DNA of 64,000 nucleotides from Ruditapes philippinarum (Eukaryota). Under the pieces are notes generated by a model that worked only from the letters and a program-made list of their open reading frames with translations, ran no database searches and was not told the DNA's origin. Location: NCBI RefSeq assembly GCF_026571515.1, contig NW_026855612.1:310001-374000 (forward strand), given 5' to 3'. Positions within the stretch are counted from its first letter, which is position 1. Each line of letters starts with the position of its first letter. The position numbers and the translations under genes are program-made. Shown piece by piece: positions 25,024 to 37,665 of the stretch.

Positions 25024-25576
25024 AGATGACGTTGCGTCTGACGCACACTCGGTTACTCGATGTTTTCACCAGCATGCGTTTAGTAACAGATCTCTTTCTA
25101 TCACTTCCGTTCCAGTCATTCAGACAAACGCTCTTTAACGCATTCCTAAATTTTCTTGAGACAAAGTTGTATACAATTGGATTCAAGGCGTGATTAAGAT
25201 AAAAAATAATTCGAGTGGAGAAGAGAATATTCAGGTACATCTCCAGACCAAGGGAATAAATGACGTGTTTGTCCTCAAATGTAAACCACAAACCCGCGAC
25301 TCGGAGCGGCAAATGACATAAAAAGAACACAAACACTATTGATCCAATAAGATTCAGCACTTGCCTCTGGGAGCGTTTTCTTTCGCTGTAAAATGCAATT
25401 CTCCCAACCTCCGATTGTCCGAAACGCGCACCGTGGTCCTTGTTGGTACGGATTAGTTCCCGGCATATTTCAATGTAAATTCCTAGCAAAATCAAACATG
25501 GTACCAGGTAAAATAGTAACGTCAGTCCAGTAATGTATACCTGCTGCCAATATAAACGAATTGGGTTACGGCAAAC
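25001..25576 (-). CDS. Class A peptide GPCR (ETH-receptor-like; TRHR/GHSR-related), exon 4 (ECL2 Cys, TM5-TM7, C-tail)
   Basis: ttttcAG|GTT TGC; FYLVP, FFLCHLPLRV, YLNHALNPIVYNFVSRKFR; stop at 25001-25003. Confidence 0.92.
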   Translation of the reverse strand, partial: VCRNPIRLYWQQVYITGLTLLFYLVPCLILLGIYIEICRELIRTNKDHGARFGQSEVGRIAFYSERKRSQRQVLNLIGSIVFVFFLCHLPLRVAGLWFTFEDKHVIYSLGLEMYLNILFSTRIIFYLNHALNPIVYNFVSRKFRNALKSVCLNDWNGSDRKRSVTKRMLVKTSSNRVCVRRNVIYCEDNHS

Positions 25577-27042
25577 CTGAAAATACACTGTTAAGTTGAC
25601 TGGTTTGAATTGGACATATTGCTCTCGCAAAAGTATGACTTTCAAAAGGTAACGGAATAGTGAGCCTCTTGTTATTTTGGGAAAGTAGGTGCGTTACCCC
25701 ACAACTCTAATATACGATAACATAAAGTATAACAATCTTTCTGATAAATCTTTTAATCCTTATATGTTAATATAATGCAATAAAAGTGAGGATGAAAGAA
25801 TACGGTTATTGGAAATTGCTTCCACGAGCAGTAAACCCCATATTATCTATTTTTAGAACGTTTTTGATGTATTGGAATGATCTACTTTTATTTTTCAACC
25901 TTTTGGTTTTTCTTAAACCACCCTCGTATTTCCTATTCTAGCAATAAATGTTAAAAAAGAAATTTATGACCATAACTCCAGAACTTATTTTTTTCTGAAA
26001 ATACATTAGGATTAATAAAGAAAATGCAATTTTAATGATTTTTCAATAATTGAAATTGTCGAAAAGGACGAGTTTTTATTCTATAATTTGCTTTTGCAAA
26101 ACTTTTATCTGCAGAACGTATTTCCCACACGTGATTTTTAGTGGCAGAGCAATCAGAAATTGTGCAAAGACACGCTTTAGAATATGACAAAAAGATATCT
26201 AGGATGTTCAGTCTGTCTCGTGGTGAAGGGGCCAAATTACTACGCATGCTGTGATTTGCCATTTGAAGAATATAATTAAAGTATTCATCTTCATTAAAAC
26301 GAATTGGCATTAGATTATCTTGCTGTTAAAATAAAGACGGCTTTACTTTTTTGTCATCTAATGAACTTTTGTCCAAATTGATTGGACCTAGCGTATAAAA
26401 CTTACGTCCAAAATATTTTAGGATAATTGTTATTAAAACTGAAATAATTTTAATTATTTATGTTCCGTCGAAGAAAATTGATTAAAGATTTAAGTCATCA
26501 ATATCTACGACTTGTATTCTTAAAAGTACATTCTACTACTATTGCAAAATAATTGAATTCCATGTACGTAATCAAAGCATTGGAAGCTGCAGACGACAAC
26601 TTTTTCCCGTAAACTATCTGTTCAAATGATTTGTGCATCATGTCTGAAACAAGTACATATTGTATGAATTATTTGACCAAAAAAGAATAATTGACCCAAT
26701 TTTCAGTTACAAGTATATCTTAATTCGAATAATTTTTTAACATTTGTCTATTTCAATGTTGAATTCTACATAAGCCGGTACCAGGGAGGTGTGAACGCTA
26801 ATGATATTCATCGGCAATGTTGGAGATTTTACGAAAATGTAAAATGTAATAACTCTGACACAAACAACCCGGGGCCACAATGTTTATCATTTTCAATGGG
26901 GGTGGTAGGGGGGAGGTGGTAGTGCTCTGTTTGATGCGGGAAGGTTTTCAAATTTATGATACATGTAATTCGAAACGCTGAAAAAACCCATAAATATAGA
27001 TGCAGGCTTTTTTAAAAATTGAAAAAAAAAAGATCTGATTAC

Positions 27043-27153
27043 CATAATAGGCGTTCCATCCATAAGCATTGAGCTTCTATAAATAGCAATATAAAACCAC
27101 GGAAAACTAGCAATTACCGACACGCTCCAGATTACTACAAGCACTTTCACCAC
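27043..27153 (-). CDS. GPCR exon 3 (TM4 and ECL2)
   Basis: ttgcAG|VVKVLVVIWSVSVIASFPWFYIAIYRSSMLMDGTPIM|GTAATC, 111 nt, phase 0/0. Confidence 0.9.
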
Positions 27154-29832
27154 CTGCAAAATAGAGAACGTTTTTAAACAAAATATCGGAGGCGTGGTCA
27201 ATTGTCAAAGATCTGTCCTAATTTGTGATATAGATTTTGCAAAAGGAATACAATTTCAACTTTTTTAGCCCTTTTAGCTGAAACCGGTTTATCCTTCTAA
27301 CACAAAAGCACCTGTCTGTTGGAAATAATATACGTTTATTACTTTATTGAATTTAAGAAAATATGTATCATTATTTTGGTTTGTTTTGGACAAAAAATCA
27401 TTTTATGTAAACTTAGTAATTGGAGTGTTGATTATACGTATATATTTAAGCAACATAAAGTTATGACAATAACCATTCATCCATAAGAAGGTTAATATAA
27501 TTCTTAGAAATATTCAAGGTAAATGCATGTACCTTATTACTTATTCCATAATCTTTATTTGTTTATAATCTTTTGATTTGTGGATTTGTTCACGATTTTC
27601 ATATTCAAGCGGAATACTTTTTGTCAATACTTGAATACTTTATACATTTAAAAACCATTTGGAAATTGTTGCGAAATGTTTATAAGCTAATTTTTCATGT
27701 CATTCAGTTTTATGGTGAATTCTTATTTCTGTGTGAAATAAACAAGTAATAATAAACAAATATAAATAAACAACTATACATAAAGATTTTCACAATTTAT
27801 TAGATTTTATCTCATGACTTTTTATTTTGATTTATAAACTGCTGAAAATATTCCATCATTTATTGCAAAGTTTGAACATCAGAAAGTCGTTCAATTTGAA
27901 CAGAGAAAATTAAAATCATTTGTGCACAATAAACCCGCGTTCTTTGCCCCTGAATTTAGTTGAATTTAGTTGAATAACCTCTGAGTAAGTGTAGAGTTAT
28001 ATCACATTACAATATGATATAACAAATTAAATAAAACATTTTTTTTGTGCTATTTTAGCCCGATATGCGTGAGAAGGGTTGTAATGCTTTTCAATTTCGG
28101 ATCATTTTTATTTGTTTGGGTCGTCAGACCAAACAAATAATGGTACTCTAATGCTGTTAATTGCAAGTGCCGAAAGTAGTCCACTTTTTCGAAGCGGTTA
28201 CTTCCCTTTATATGTAAACTAATGCCGAAAAATTCAGGGGAGAGATCACTGCGTAAAGATGGTCAAATGACAGGCGCATTAATTTTCAAGCAAAATAATT
28301 CCCGAATGGTCAGAGGCAGCACACCACACTAAATGAAGCCACAGCTTCGAATGGCCAGGGAGGATTTCATGGATATAGTGACTATTGTGGATTTAAATGA
28401 CTGGTTGTCTTTAAAATGCATTTTCAGCATTAAATTTGTTTTTGTGACATGTAATATGATCATTGGCAAATTCGAAAACATGGTTAGAAATCACATGCTG
28501 ATAATTATTGATGTCAAGGTCGCCATTGTTTGTAAACAATGCTTTTAAACAGCATGCTCGGTGAAAACAAGTAATTTTACAGGGGGGTACAAACTTTCAG
28601 CAATAGCAAAAAATCTACAAGGCCAAGCACCTATTTCTTTGTGATATTTTGCATGCATAGGGAGTTGCTAAAGCAGTGACAGAGTTTCTGTAGACCGTAT
28701 ATTTGCAGGTATTTTTTGCTGGAGGTGCGAAAAATGTTGTTTTGGGTCTCGGACCACTATAGATTTTTGGCTTTTACGGAATGAGTTGGAATTTTTTTTA
28801 ACTGCCTGACTGTTGCACATGGGATGACTTCATTACAGATTTGCAATGTTATGACATATATGTTCTTAACAAAATGTGTTTTATTTTTCCAGGTTGTGTA
28901 GTTTGGGATCAGATTTATCAGACATATTGCTTGTAGGACATTGACGGCAGAAACTTGAAATTTAGTGTGGAGTGCTACCAGAGATTTCTAATATTGTTTT
29001 ATTCTTAATAGATATACATGCTTATAGTAAGCTCCATGATTATTTACACCCAACAACAGTAAGCGTCGTTACAAACCCTAATATAGAATAATATGTGACT
29101 ATAATGCGATAAAAGAAGAAACGAGAAGAATTTTTTTTAAATTGTTAAATTTAATTTTCAGAAATTATATTTCTGTTAAAATCAGTTTGCAAAACACTTT
29201 AGGTAACAAGAAATAAAGGGACTTTCAAACTTAATCGTTGTCATTGTATTACTCCATATGCTGTCATCATGTTCGGTTAAAATGGAAAGCTATTTATTAG
29301 TCGCAGAATTTAAATTAACTCAGGTTTTGTGCCCAGACCAATGAGTTAAAATATTTCCAGGTTTCGATAGTTGCTGTGTAGAAGTTATAAACATTCACGG
29401 AATGCTTAGATTACTACAATATAAAGGTCGGGTTGATTACTATCAAGATTTGTGGTTTTGTTTGGAAAAGGCGTTGCCTAAAAGATGCTATATAATTTTA
29501 ATTTAGATCGTAATTGGCGCTTTTGTTGTCTAGCCCAATCACTTGACGTAATTTATGCCAAAAGTTCTATCAGAACACCTATCTGAATTATTAGAAGTCA
29601 TTATCCGGAGACTGCCGGAAAGGGCCGAAAAGTTACGATTGCATACATTTATCTCAAAAATACACGTTGTTTGCATACATTCGTGCATCGTCTGGACAGA
29701 TATATTGAAAGATTTTTATTAATCCATTACCTGATATACGCGCCTTTTAACGCCTTTTTCACCCCCCCCCCCCCACTACTTGTTGTCTCAAATGGTGAAA
29801 AAATGCCTTATTTAGGCCCCCAACACTTGTTT

Positions 29833-30341
29833 TGGTTTGACAAATGTTGCTTAAAAAGTGATAACTTTTTCGGCGACGGCCCCATCCAAAAAGATACATT
29901 AGGGGCTGGGGATGTGCCCCCTTCTGTTTGGGGGGTTTGAAGGGGGCGGTAGTCCCCTTCATAGTCAAGAATATTTTGGACTTGTGAGAGGCTAAAAAAG
30001 AGCCCAGGTCGATCATAAGGTAACGTGTTACCACGCTGAAAAGCCTTTGACTGTCTCAATCCATTGAGAAGTTGCAGCACTTTGAAATCAATTTTGATGG
30101 AAAAAAAATCAACGCAAAATAGTGATTTTTGGCAATTTTGAGATGTCCCCTCGTTGCCATGGTAACAGGAAATCAAGACTGAGCATGTCGTTACAAATGC
30201 AATGGACCAGTCAACATTTGTGCCAAGTTTGATTAGTATTGAAGCAGTTTTGATAGTTTTATTGCAATTTGAACTTGTAACGGGAGACTTTTCAATGAAA
30301 AGAGCCATTTTTCACAAAATGCTCATGAAGTAATGGGTTAA
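29833..30341. mobile_element. Terminal fragment of a TTAA-type (piggyBac-like) DNA transposon
   Basis: Similar to 35255-35699; the similarity ends at GGG|TTAA in both copies. Confidence 0.65.
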
Positions 30342-31384
30342 GACTGTTTCCTCTTTTTAACTGGGACAATCACAACTTATGAAAATTTCGAACTTTTTCT
30401 TTTTTTCCTCTTTCTGTTTTTTTATATTCTATATCCTTTTTCAAGTACAAAAAACTTTCTAATCCGGAAACCTTCCATATCCGAATTTTTTTTCTTGTGT
30501 GGACGGGGCCGGATTAGACAGGTTTCACTGTACTTCTATTTCAAAACTGTACTCTTTTCGCGAACGGTACATCGATTCAATGACACTGTTTTCATATCTG
30601 TACAGTATATCATGCATTTTCAAGGCTACTGCAATATAAGGTTTCTGCAAAATGTATCATTTTAAATTGACTGTCAAAGTATATCACAATATCTTAATGG
30701 AAATAAGCTCTACTGAATGATTTATAAGTCGTTATCTTGAAAATCATGTGATGTACGGACACATGGAAAACTTTATACGGCAATATACAATATTCTAACT
30801 TTTGATTTAAGATTAAATTTTTACGGAAATTATTAATGTCTATATGTTTTGAAACAAAACGTGAAAGGTCTTTATCATACTAGTATTGAATTGAAATGTA
30901 CATTTATTACATGTAATGTGATGTTAGCATTTAATTAAAAAATATGATCTTGTCTTTGACTTCAAGCAACAAGCTAACGTTAACCACAGGTTATCGGCGT
31001 TGGGTCAACCCCCCAAAAGGACCCCATATACTACACAAATATCCTTCACCCACCACCAACCCCCCCCCCCCCGAAAAAAAAAACAACCCCCCCCCCCACA
31101 AATTCACGGTTTAAAAAAATGTCAATACAAAATCAAACAATTCTATCATGAAGGAATTACTGATATATACTTTAAGCTTTTCACATTAGAACTAATTTCA
31201 AATAAGCATAATGTTGTACCTATTGAAAAGTTATGTCATTACAGTATAAGGGTAGCTGCCGTTTATACTATCGGCACGCGTAAACGAGCACCAGGAATTA
31301 AAATTGCGTTTCAGATGGTATCTTTTTATTGCATTGTTATTTTTTCATGATGAAATAAGTAAAAAAATACTCAATTCTCAGAAG

Positions 31385-31545
31385 CATACCTGGATCTTTT
31401 ATGCGCCCGGTGTAAAGCACCGATACACGAGACCTCGGTTTAAAGTCCCATCCGAAAGACTGTTGGTAATGCTACGGAGGAGCGGAGGATCGAACTCAAG
31501 ACCCCATGGATTATATATATGTATTAACCACCAGACCACAGATCC
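31385..31545 (-). mobile_element. Deu/Nin-domain-like SINE fragment
   Basis: The minus strand has B box GAGTTCGATCC followed by GTCTTTCGGATGGGACTTTAAACCGAGGTC, resembling the Deu/Nin central domain. Confidence 0.65.
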
Positions 31546-31847
31546 GCTCCTAAATAACTCGCTAGATTCCTAGATGTCCTTGTATTTATGGACAAGCTTC
31601 TGTCATTGTACGAAATATAGAGCTATGTATGTACATCTGGTGCATCTTCTGCTTCACTACATGAGGTACTACGTTTGATTGCCCTACTACTAAAACCTTA
31701 TGTTGCAAGGTTTTTTTCTGTTTCAGTTAAGATTGTCGTTTTTTCTGTACATAATACATCATTTGAATGTCAATACGGATTTTAAAACTTTAGTGTACAT
31801 ATTTGTGACAAATCTCAAGTATGGTGTATACCATATGAAACAAGCAT

Positions 31848-32275
31848 TGTTAGCCCGCCGAGTTCACACTGCCAGCAAATGCATCATAACGTTTTAGTGT
31901 TAAAATAATTAAGTATGGAATTTAGACCACTAGACTGCTAGCACGCTGAATTTGTACCGCTAGCCCGCTACACTGTTAGCTCGCCGAGCTTACACTGCTA
32001 GAAAATGTATCATAAGGTTTTAATGTTTATTCAATTAAGTATTAACGTTTAGCCCGCTGGCCCGCCAGCCCGCCCAGTTCACACTGCTAGCCCGCTACAC
32101 TGTTAACCCGCCCACTTCACACTGCTAGGAAATGTATTATGAGGTTTTAATGTGATTCAATTCAGTATTAAAGTTTATTCCGCTGACCCGCCAGCCCGCC
32201 GAGTTCACACTGCTAGCCCGCTACACTGTTAGCCCGCCGACTTCACACCGCTAGGAAATATATCATAGCGTTTTC
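31848..32275. repeat. ~120-130-bp tandem repeat, about 3.5 units
   Basis: Recurrent AGCCCGCCGAGTTCACACTGCTAG...ATGTATCATAA. Confidence 0.85.
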
Positions 32276-32507
32276 ATGGCCGAATAACTATAGTTTTTAG
32301 ATAATTATTATTTATCAAAAATAGACCATGCCAAACTATAGGTTTATTATTTCGATTAAAACAATTGTTCATGAAGTTGTTGAATGCTTATCAAATTTAT
32401 TTCTTTTTTTAATGCTTTTTGTCCTACGCAGAATGCGCATAGGCGAAATTCTACTTCCGTTTCTAAGGAAATATCGTAGTGCAAAAATATATTGGTTCGA
32501 AAGTTAC

Positions 32508-32635
32508 CTTTGTATAACACTCTGTGATTCCAAGAAATGGTCGTCGGATAACCCTGTAGCGTTCCACACTGATGGCAAGAATTGTCAGTACAGAAGCATT
32601 GGAGACAGTGTGTTCTAAAAACGGAACTAGCTTGC
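32508..32635 (-). CDS. GPCR exon 2 (TM3, ERY motif)
   Basis: tttcAG|GC completes Cys; KLVPFLEHTVSNASVLTILAISVERY...YTK|GTAACT. Confidence 0.92.
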
Positions 32636-32945
32636 CTGAAATATGATAAAATATCCTTAGACATTTAGTTGCAGAATTCATAAACTTGCAAACAAAGGAC
32701 ACTAAGGGGGGAAGTCTTAAAGTGGCATTTTGTTAAGCGGATATTATTATTGTGTTTGTTGTGTTTTTTGAAACTGAACTAGCTTCTAGCTTGTCTGAAA
32801 TATGATAGAACATCCTTAGACATCGACATATGTATACAATAAAACAAAGGCCACTAAGGGGAAAGTATTAAAATGGCATTTGTTTAGCGGATATTATCAT
32901 GACGTTTGATGTACTCTAGAAACGGAACAAGCTTGTCTGCTAAGA
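32608..32945. repeat. ~150-bp tandem duplication spanning the GPCR exon 2 acceptor
   Basis: AAACGGAACTAGCTTGCCTGAAATATGATA...CACTAAGGGG...GCGGATATTAT is repeated about 2.2 times. Confidence 0.8.
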
Positions 32946-33397
32946 CAATAAGTGCGTGTATACAGTCAAAAAAAGATCCAAGTCTATGGATATGTTTAAT
33001 GTGATAGACACCGAGGCCGAACTTAACTTCCATACAATAACTGTTTTATTATATGACTTAAATAAATTCTTCATTCGGGTATTTTTTGAAGTTGTTCGAT
33101 TTCTTATTGTCAGCAAACAGGCAACGGAAAGCGCAGAAATTATTCTGGTTAAGCATTTGTATTTCTTAAACGAATGTGGAATTCATAGAAAATACTTTTT
33201 TAAATAACAATCGTTGTATATTGATCTGATACGAACATTTCAAATTCAATATTTCATGCTTTTCATATCACGGTTTCTAAACTTTTAACTTATTTTTTCA
33301 CGTATCATGGTGATACATGTAGTTATATTTCGGGCCGGAACAGACTCCAAACACAGAAAGAAGTTTGAGAGAAACAAGAAAAACTATGTTTCATATT

Positions 33398-33600
33398 GAC
33401 CGCGGTGGCCTAGTGGTTAAGGTGTCTGCATCTCAATCAAGGGATCGTGGTTTGAGCCCTAATCGGACCATGATCATGTTTCTTCATATGACACCAGTAC
33501 TGGTCGGTTCAAGGAAGCGAACTCGAAAGTGCTTAATATAATCTGAAAGAACTTGTTTCGCAATCGAGCTTAAATTATAATATGTTTAAACTAACTAAAC
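33398..33600 (+). mobile_element. tRNA-derived SINE (second family)
   Basis: A box TGGCCTAGTGG, tail ATATGTTTAAACTAACTAAAC. Inverted copy at 35081-35245 and a decayed copy at about 41915-42035. Confidence 0.8.
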
Positions 33601-33734
33601 CCCTTGAATGTTTGTAATTAAACAGTGTCATTCAACCGTTCACCAATGATACGTAACCAATAATGTATAATTTGTAGACTGCATATGGAGTTATTATCGC
33701 TTCAAGAAAGTACTTCCTTTTTAAAACATATTCT

Positions 33735-34468
33735 ATGTTAAGAATTGATGCTGACAATGGAAATCTTATAATGGTAAAAATTGGGCTTACACTATTAAAC
33801 AAATATTAGATGAATCTGGATTAATATTTGTATGGGAAAACCAATATAGCATACAGGTAGATTTTAAAGCAATTAAATTCAGAATTCTTAGTTTGTATTA
33901 CGAACAATGGTATACCTTGATAAATAATTCACCTCGTCTTGACACATACAGTTTATTTAAACATACTTTTGATTTAGAAAAATACTTAAGTGTAATTAAA
34001 GAACCAAAGTATAGAATAGCCTTATCCAGATTCAGAACATCGTCTCATAATTTAGCTATAGAATATGGAAGATATCGTAATATTCCTAGAAATGAACACT
34101 TTTGTGAAAATTGTCAATTTAATCAAATAGAGAATGAATATCATTTTTTACTTATATGCCCGAAGTTCTCCGATTTGAGAAAAAGTATCTTAAACGGTAT
34201 TACAACACATGGCCGACTAAGCAAAAATTTATCAATTTAATGTCTGAATCATCGTTAACTGTAATATTTATGGTTTTAAGCAAATTTATATATCATGCTA
34301 ACACTTTAATAAATTAATCCTATCAAATGTGATCTGTATTTTATTCATATGATTGTATGGCTCTTCTTAAAAAATCCATGTACTTGTGTTGTCTGTGTTT
34401 ATATATTTTGTACTTGCTATAAACATGTATTTGTTTAATGCAATAAAATTTTGAAGTGAAGTGAAGTA
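33735..34468 (+). mobile_element. 3' fragment of a LINE related to 18915-20905
   Basis: RIALSRFRTSSHNLAIEYGRY..CENC..IENEYHFLLICP; AATAAA followed by a (TGAAG)3 tail. Confidence 0.88.
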
Positions 34469-35080
34469 TATAAAAAAAATCATGTTTAGATAATGTTAAA
34501 ATAACTACCGAAACCTTTGAGTCATATTTTGATTCTGCTCTTATGCAGTAAAACCTGTATTTTACAAAAAATGCGATGAGGAAATTTCAATACAAAAAGT
34601 CGTGTAATTCAAGTTTGGCTATTGGACCGGGAATACTGGTAATCGACAATTTCATTATAAACCCCATAACCATTATAAAAAAAGCAACATTTAAATGAGT
34701 TCTTAGGAAAAAGTACAAGTTCAACCACCGAGATCAAGATATTTTTTGTTTTTCGTTCTTTTTTATGCAAAGGGGTATGATTTGAAATGTCGCATTTGTT
34801 TGATCTTTCTAATGGTAGCCTATATGTAATAGTCTCATAAACTTATGTGCATTTACCGTAAAATGTTATAATTTGTTATTGATATGGTATTTGGTTTTCA
34901 TACATGTATTGTGCTCCATCTTCATAAACATAACTTGCGCATAAAATATTCAATATACAATGTATGCATATTGTGTATAAACATACTTCTTTGTTAATAT
35001 ATAGAACATAACAGACTTGAGCTCTTCGTTTCTCGCCTTAATAAATACAATACATATAAATACAAAAGCCAAATCAATTG

Positions 35081-35245
35081 GTTTAAACATATTTATTTAA
35101 GCTCAATTGCGAAACAAGTTCTTGCAACTTATATTAATCACTTTCGAGTCCACTTCCTGGTACTAACCAGTACTGGTGTCATATGAAGAAACATGGTCGT
35201 GACCCGAGTAGGGCCCGAACCCATGATCTCTGGGTTGAGAGGCAG
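35081..35245 (-). mobile_element. SINE, inverted copy of the 33398 family, 5'-truncated
   Basis: Reverse complement of about 33430-33590. Confidence 0.8.
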
Positions 35246-35254
35246 TCAATTTTT

Positions 35255-35699
35255 TTCGTTTGGGAAATGTCGCTAAAAAAGTGAGCATTTTTTCGGCGCG
35301 GCCCCCCATCGCCAAGAAACTTTTGGACTTGTGAGAGACTATAAATGAGAGGCTATAAATGACCCCAGGTCGATCATAAGGTAAAGTGTAACCAAAGCTG
35401 AAAAGCCTTTGACTCTATCTCAATCCATTAAGAAGTTGCAGCACTTTGAAATCAACTTTGATGGAAAATATCAAGGCAAAATAGGGATTTTTGGCAATTT
35501 TGAGATGTCCCCTCGTTGCCATGGTAACAGGAAATTTAACACTGAGCATGTCGGCAAAGGCAATGGTTCAGTCAACATTTGTGCCAAGTTTGATTAGTAT
35601 TGAAGCATTTTTCATAGTTTCATAGCATGAACTTGTAACAGGAGGCTTTTCAATGAAAACGGGCATTTTTCACAATATGCTCATAAGGGAAAGGGTTAA
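35255..35699. mobile_element. Second copy of the same TTAA-type terminal fragment
   Basis: Shared CCCAGGTCGATCATAAGGTAA...GAGATGTCCCCTCGTTGCCATGGTAACAGG...GGGTTAA. Confidence 0.65.
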
Positions 35700-36316
35700 G
35701 ACAAACAATCACAAAATGAAATTCATCTTCGATAACAGACGAACTGCATATTTCACATTTTCTAATATGTTTTCCAATCCTGTTTATATATATGCATATA
35801 ACAGGCCTTCCTAAAAAGTGAAAGAAAAAAAGGAATTTTATGCAATGATCCGAAATAGTTCTAGTGCATTTTTCGGTTCTTTAAATTCATTGTCATGAAT
35901 GCTTTTTTTTTCACACTGTAAAAATCTTTTTTGTTGAAGATTATGTTCGTTTAGGCCTGCACTGGGGAATTAAAATCTTCTTTGAACGAAATGAATCAGT
36001 TTTTATCTTGATTTGTAAATGACAAATATTCAAGTTGCATCGCATCAGAACATGTTTTTTTAATTGGTTAAAAGTACTTTTGGAAAGCAACTTTTGAATT
36101 TTGCAAGATATTTAATTAATGTTAATAATGCTTTTAATTTCTCAATTGAAGAACCATTTCCCAAGTGGGAAAAAAGTGCAAGTCAAGTCGTGCAAAAAGC
36201 TTCTTTTTCCCCGTCTGGCTGACCCCTCTCAGTGTTTTTGTAAAGAAGTACTTTTATGACACGTGTAAGTAATGAGTGACTTTTACGTTCATGAAATGCC
36301 AGAGATGATGTGTTTT

Positions 36317-36672
36317 NNNNNNNNNNNNNNNNNNNNNNNNNNNNNNNNNNNNNNNNNNNNNNNNNNNNNNNNNNNNNNNNNNNNNNNNNNNNNNNNNNNN
36401 NNNNNNNNNNNNNNNNNNNNNNNNNNNNNNNNNNNNNNNNNNNNNNNNNNNNNNNNNNNNNNNNNNNNNNNNNNNNNNNNNNNNNNNNNNNNNNNNNNNN
36501 NNNNNNNNNNNNNNNNNNNNNNNNNNNNNNNNNNNNNNNNNNNNNNNNNNNNNNNNNNNNNNNNNNNNNNNNNNNNNNNNNNNNNNNNNNNNNNNNNNNN
36601 NNNNNNNNNNNNNNNNNNNNNNNNNNNNNNNNNNNNNNNNNNNNNNNNNNNNNNNNNNNNNNNNNNNNNNNN
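36317..36672. other. Assembly gap (N run) in GPCR intron 1
   Basis: 356 consecutive N. Confidence 0.99.
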
Positions 36673-37313
36673 AGGCATAAAGCGCCTTTAAAAAATATCT
36701 ATAGTTGGATTTTAGGGAGCAATATATGCTTTTTCAAGTATGCACAATATGTAAATTATTTTCGTTGTTCACTTAGCAATATTTTACTTTTTAAAATATT
36801 TTCAAAATTTTCAAGGAAATTAGAATGAATCTGAAGGCATGCTGCTTTAAGAAGTAAGCTAGTTGTAAGCACGCATTTAGCCTTTTACCAATTCTGACAA
36901 ACATTAGTCCCGAGTCCAAGATAATGTTGTTTCAACCTTTGGCCCGATTCTTTTATATATACATTTGATGATAATGTATGTAAAATTGTGAAATTTTATT
37001 TTGTATGTATATTGATACAAAAAATTATAAATAAACTTAAAAAATAGAACTTTATTATATATTTATTGCTTAAACTAAATTTTCATTTTAAAGCCTAGTT
37101 TTAAGATATTCATTCTAGTAAAACAAATGGTGAGTAATCTCGAGGGTGTTCAGAGCATATAGGAATCTCCGTGCCATAAACAAACAATAATCTCGTGCAT
37201 ATTCATACGATTCCACTTCAATAAACAAAGTCATAAAAACGCAAAAATAAAGTTCATAATAAGCTGAAATATTGCGACTTTCACATTAAATTAAAGGTTT
37301 ACGTCATACTTAC

Positions 37314-37665
37314 ACATAACTTCCCCAAAAAGCCATTCTTCCATCGTGAATATTTCCACCAAAGCTGTCGGCATACACATTATGAGTACCAGGAGATCGG
37401 CAACACATAAATTAACCAAGTACATATTCATTGTCGTCTTCATAGCTCGCACGAGACTTAACACCGTCACAACTATGACGTTACCGCTTACGCCGAGGAC
37501 AAAAATAATGACGTAACATACCGTCGCCGTAACAACTAAATAAAAGGGTGCTTCTGGTTGATCAATCGATGTAACGTTAAACTCATCAAAATCACATTGT
37601 GTCCAATTTTTATGAACAACACTTCCGTCATCTGTACTTCCATTGAACGACATTTTATCAACCAT
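37314..37665 (-). CDS. GPCR exon 1 (N-terminus with NxS/T sites, TM1, TM2, ECL1)
   Basis: ATG at 37665 (or 37653); LGVSGN, NLCVADLL, WLFGEVM T|GTAAGT, phase 1. Confidence 0.92.

Noticed and set aside
24784-25029. 81-aa LVNYDYLH repeat ORF
   Set aside because: Antisense reading of the minisatellite at the GPCR stop.
29671-30308. 166-aa and neighbouring ORFs
   Set aside because: Inside a repeated transposon end; the second copy at 35255 does not keep the full frame and there are no protein motifs.
36272-36828. ORFs spanning X runs
   Set aside because: Artefacts of the N gap.
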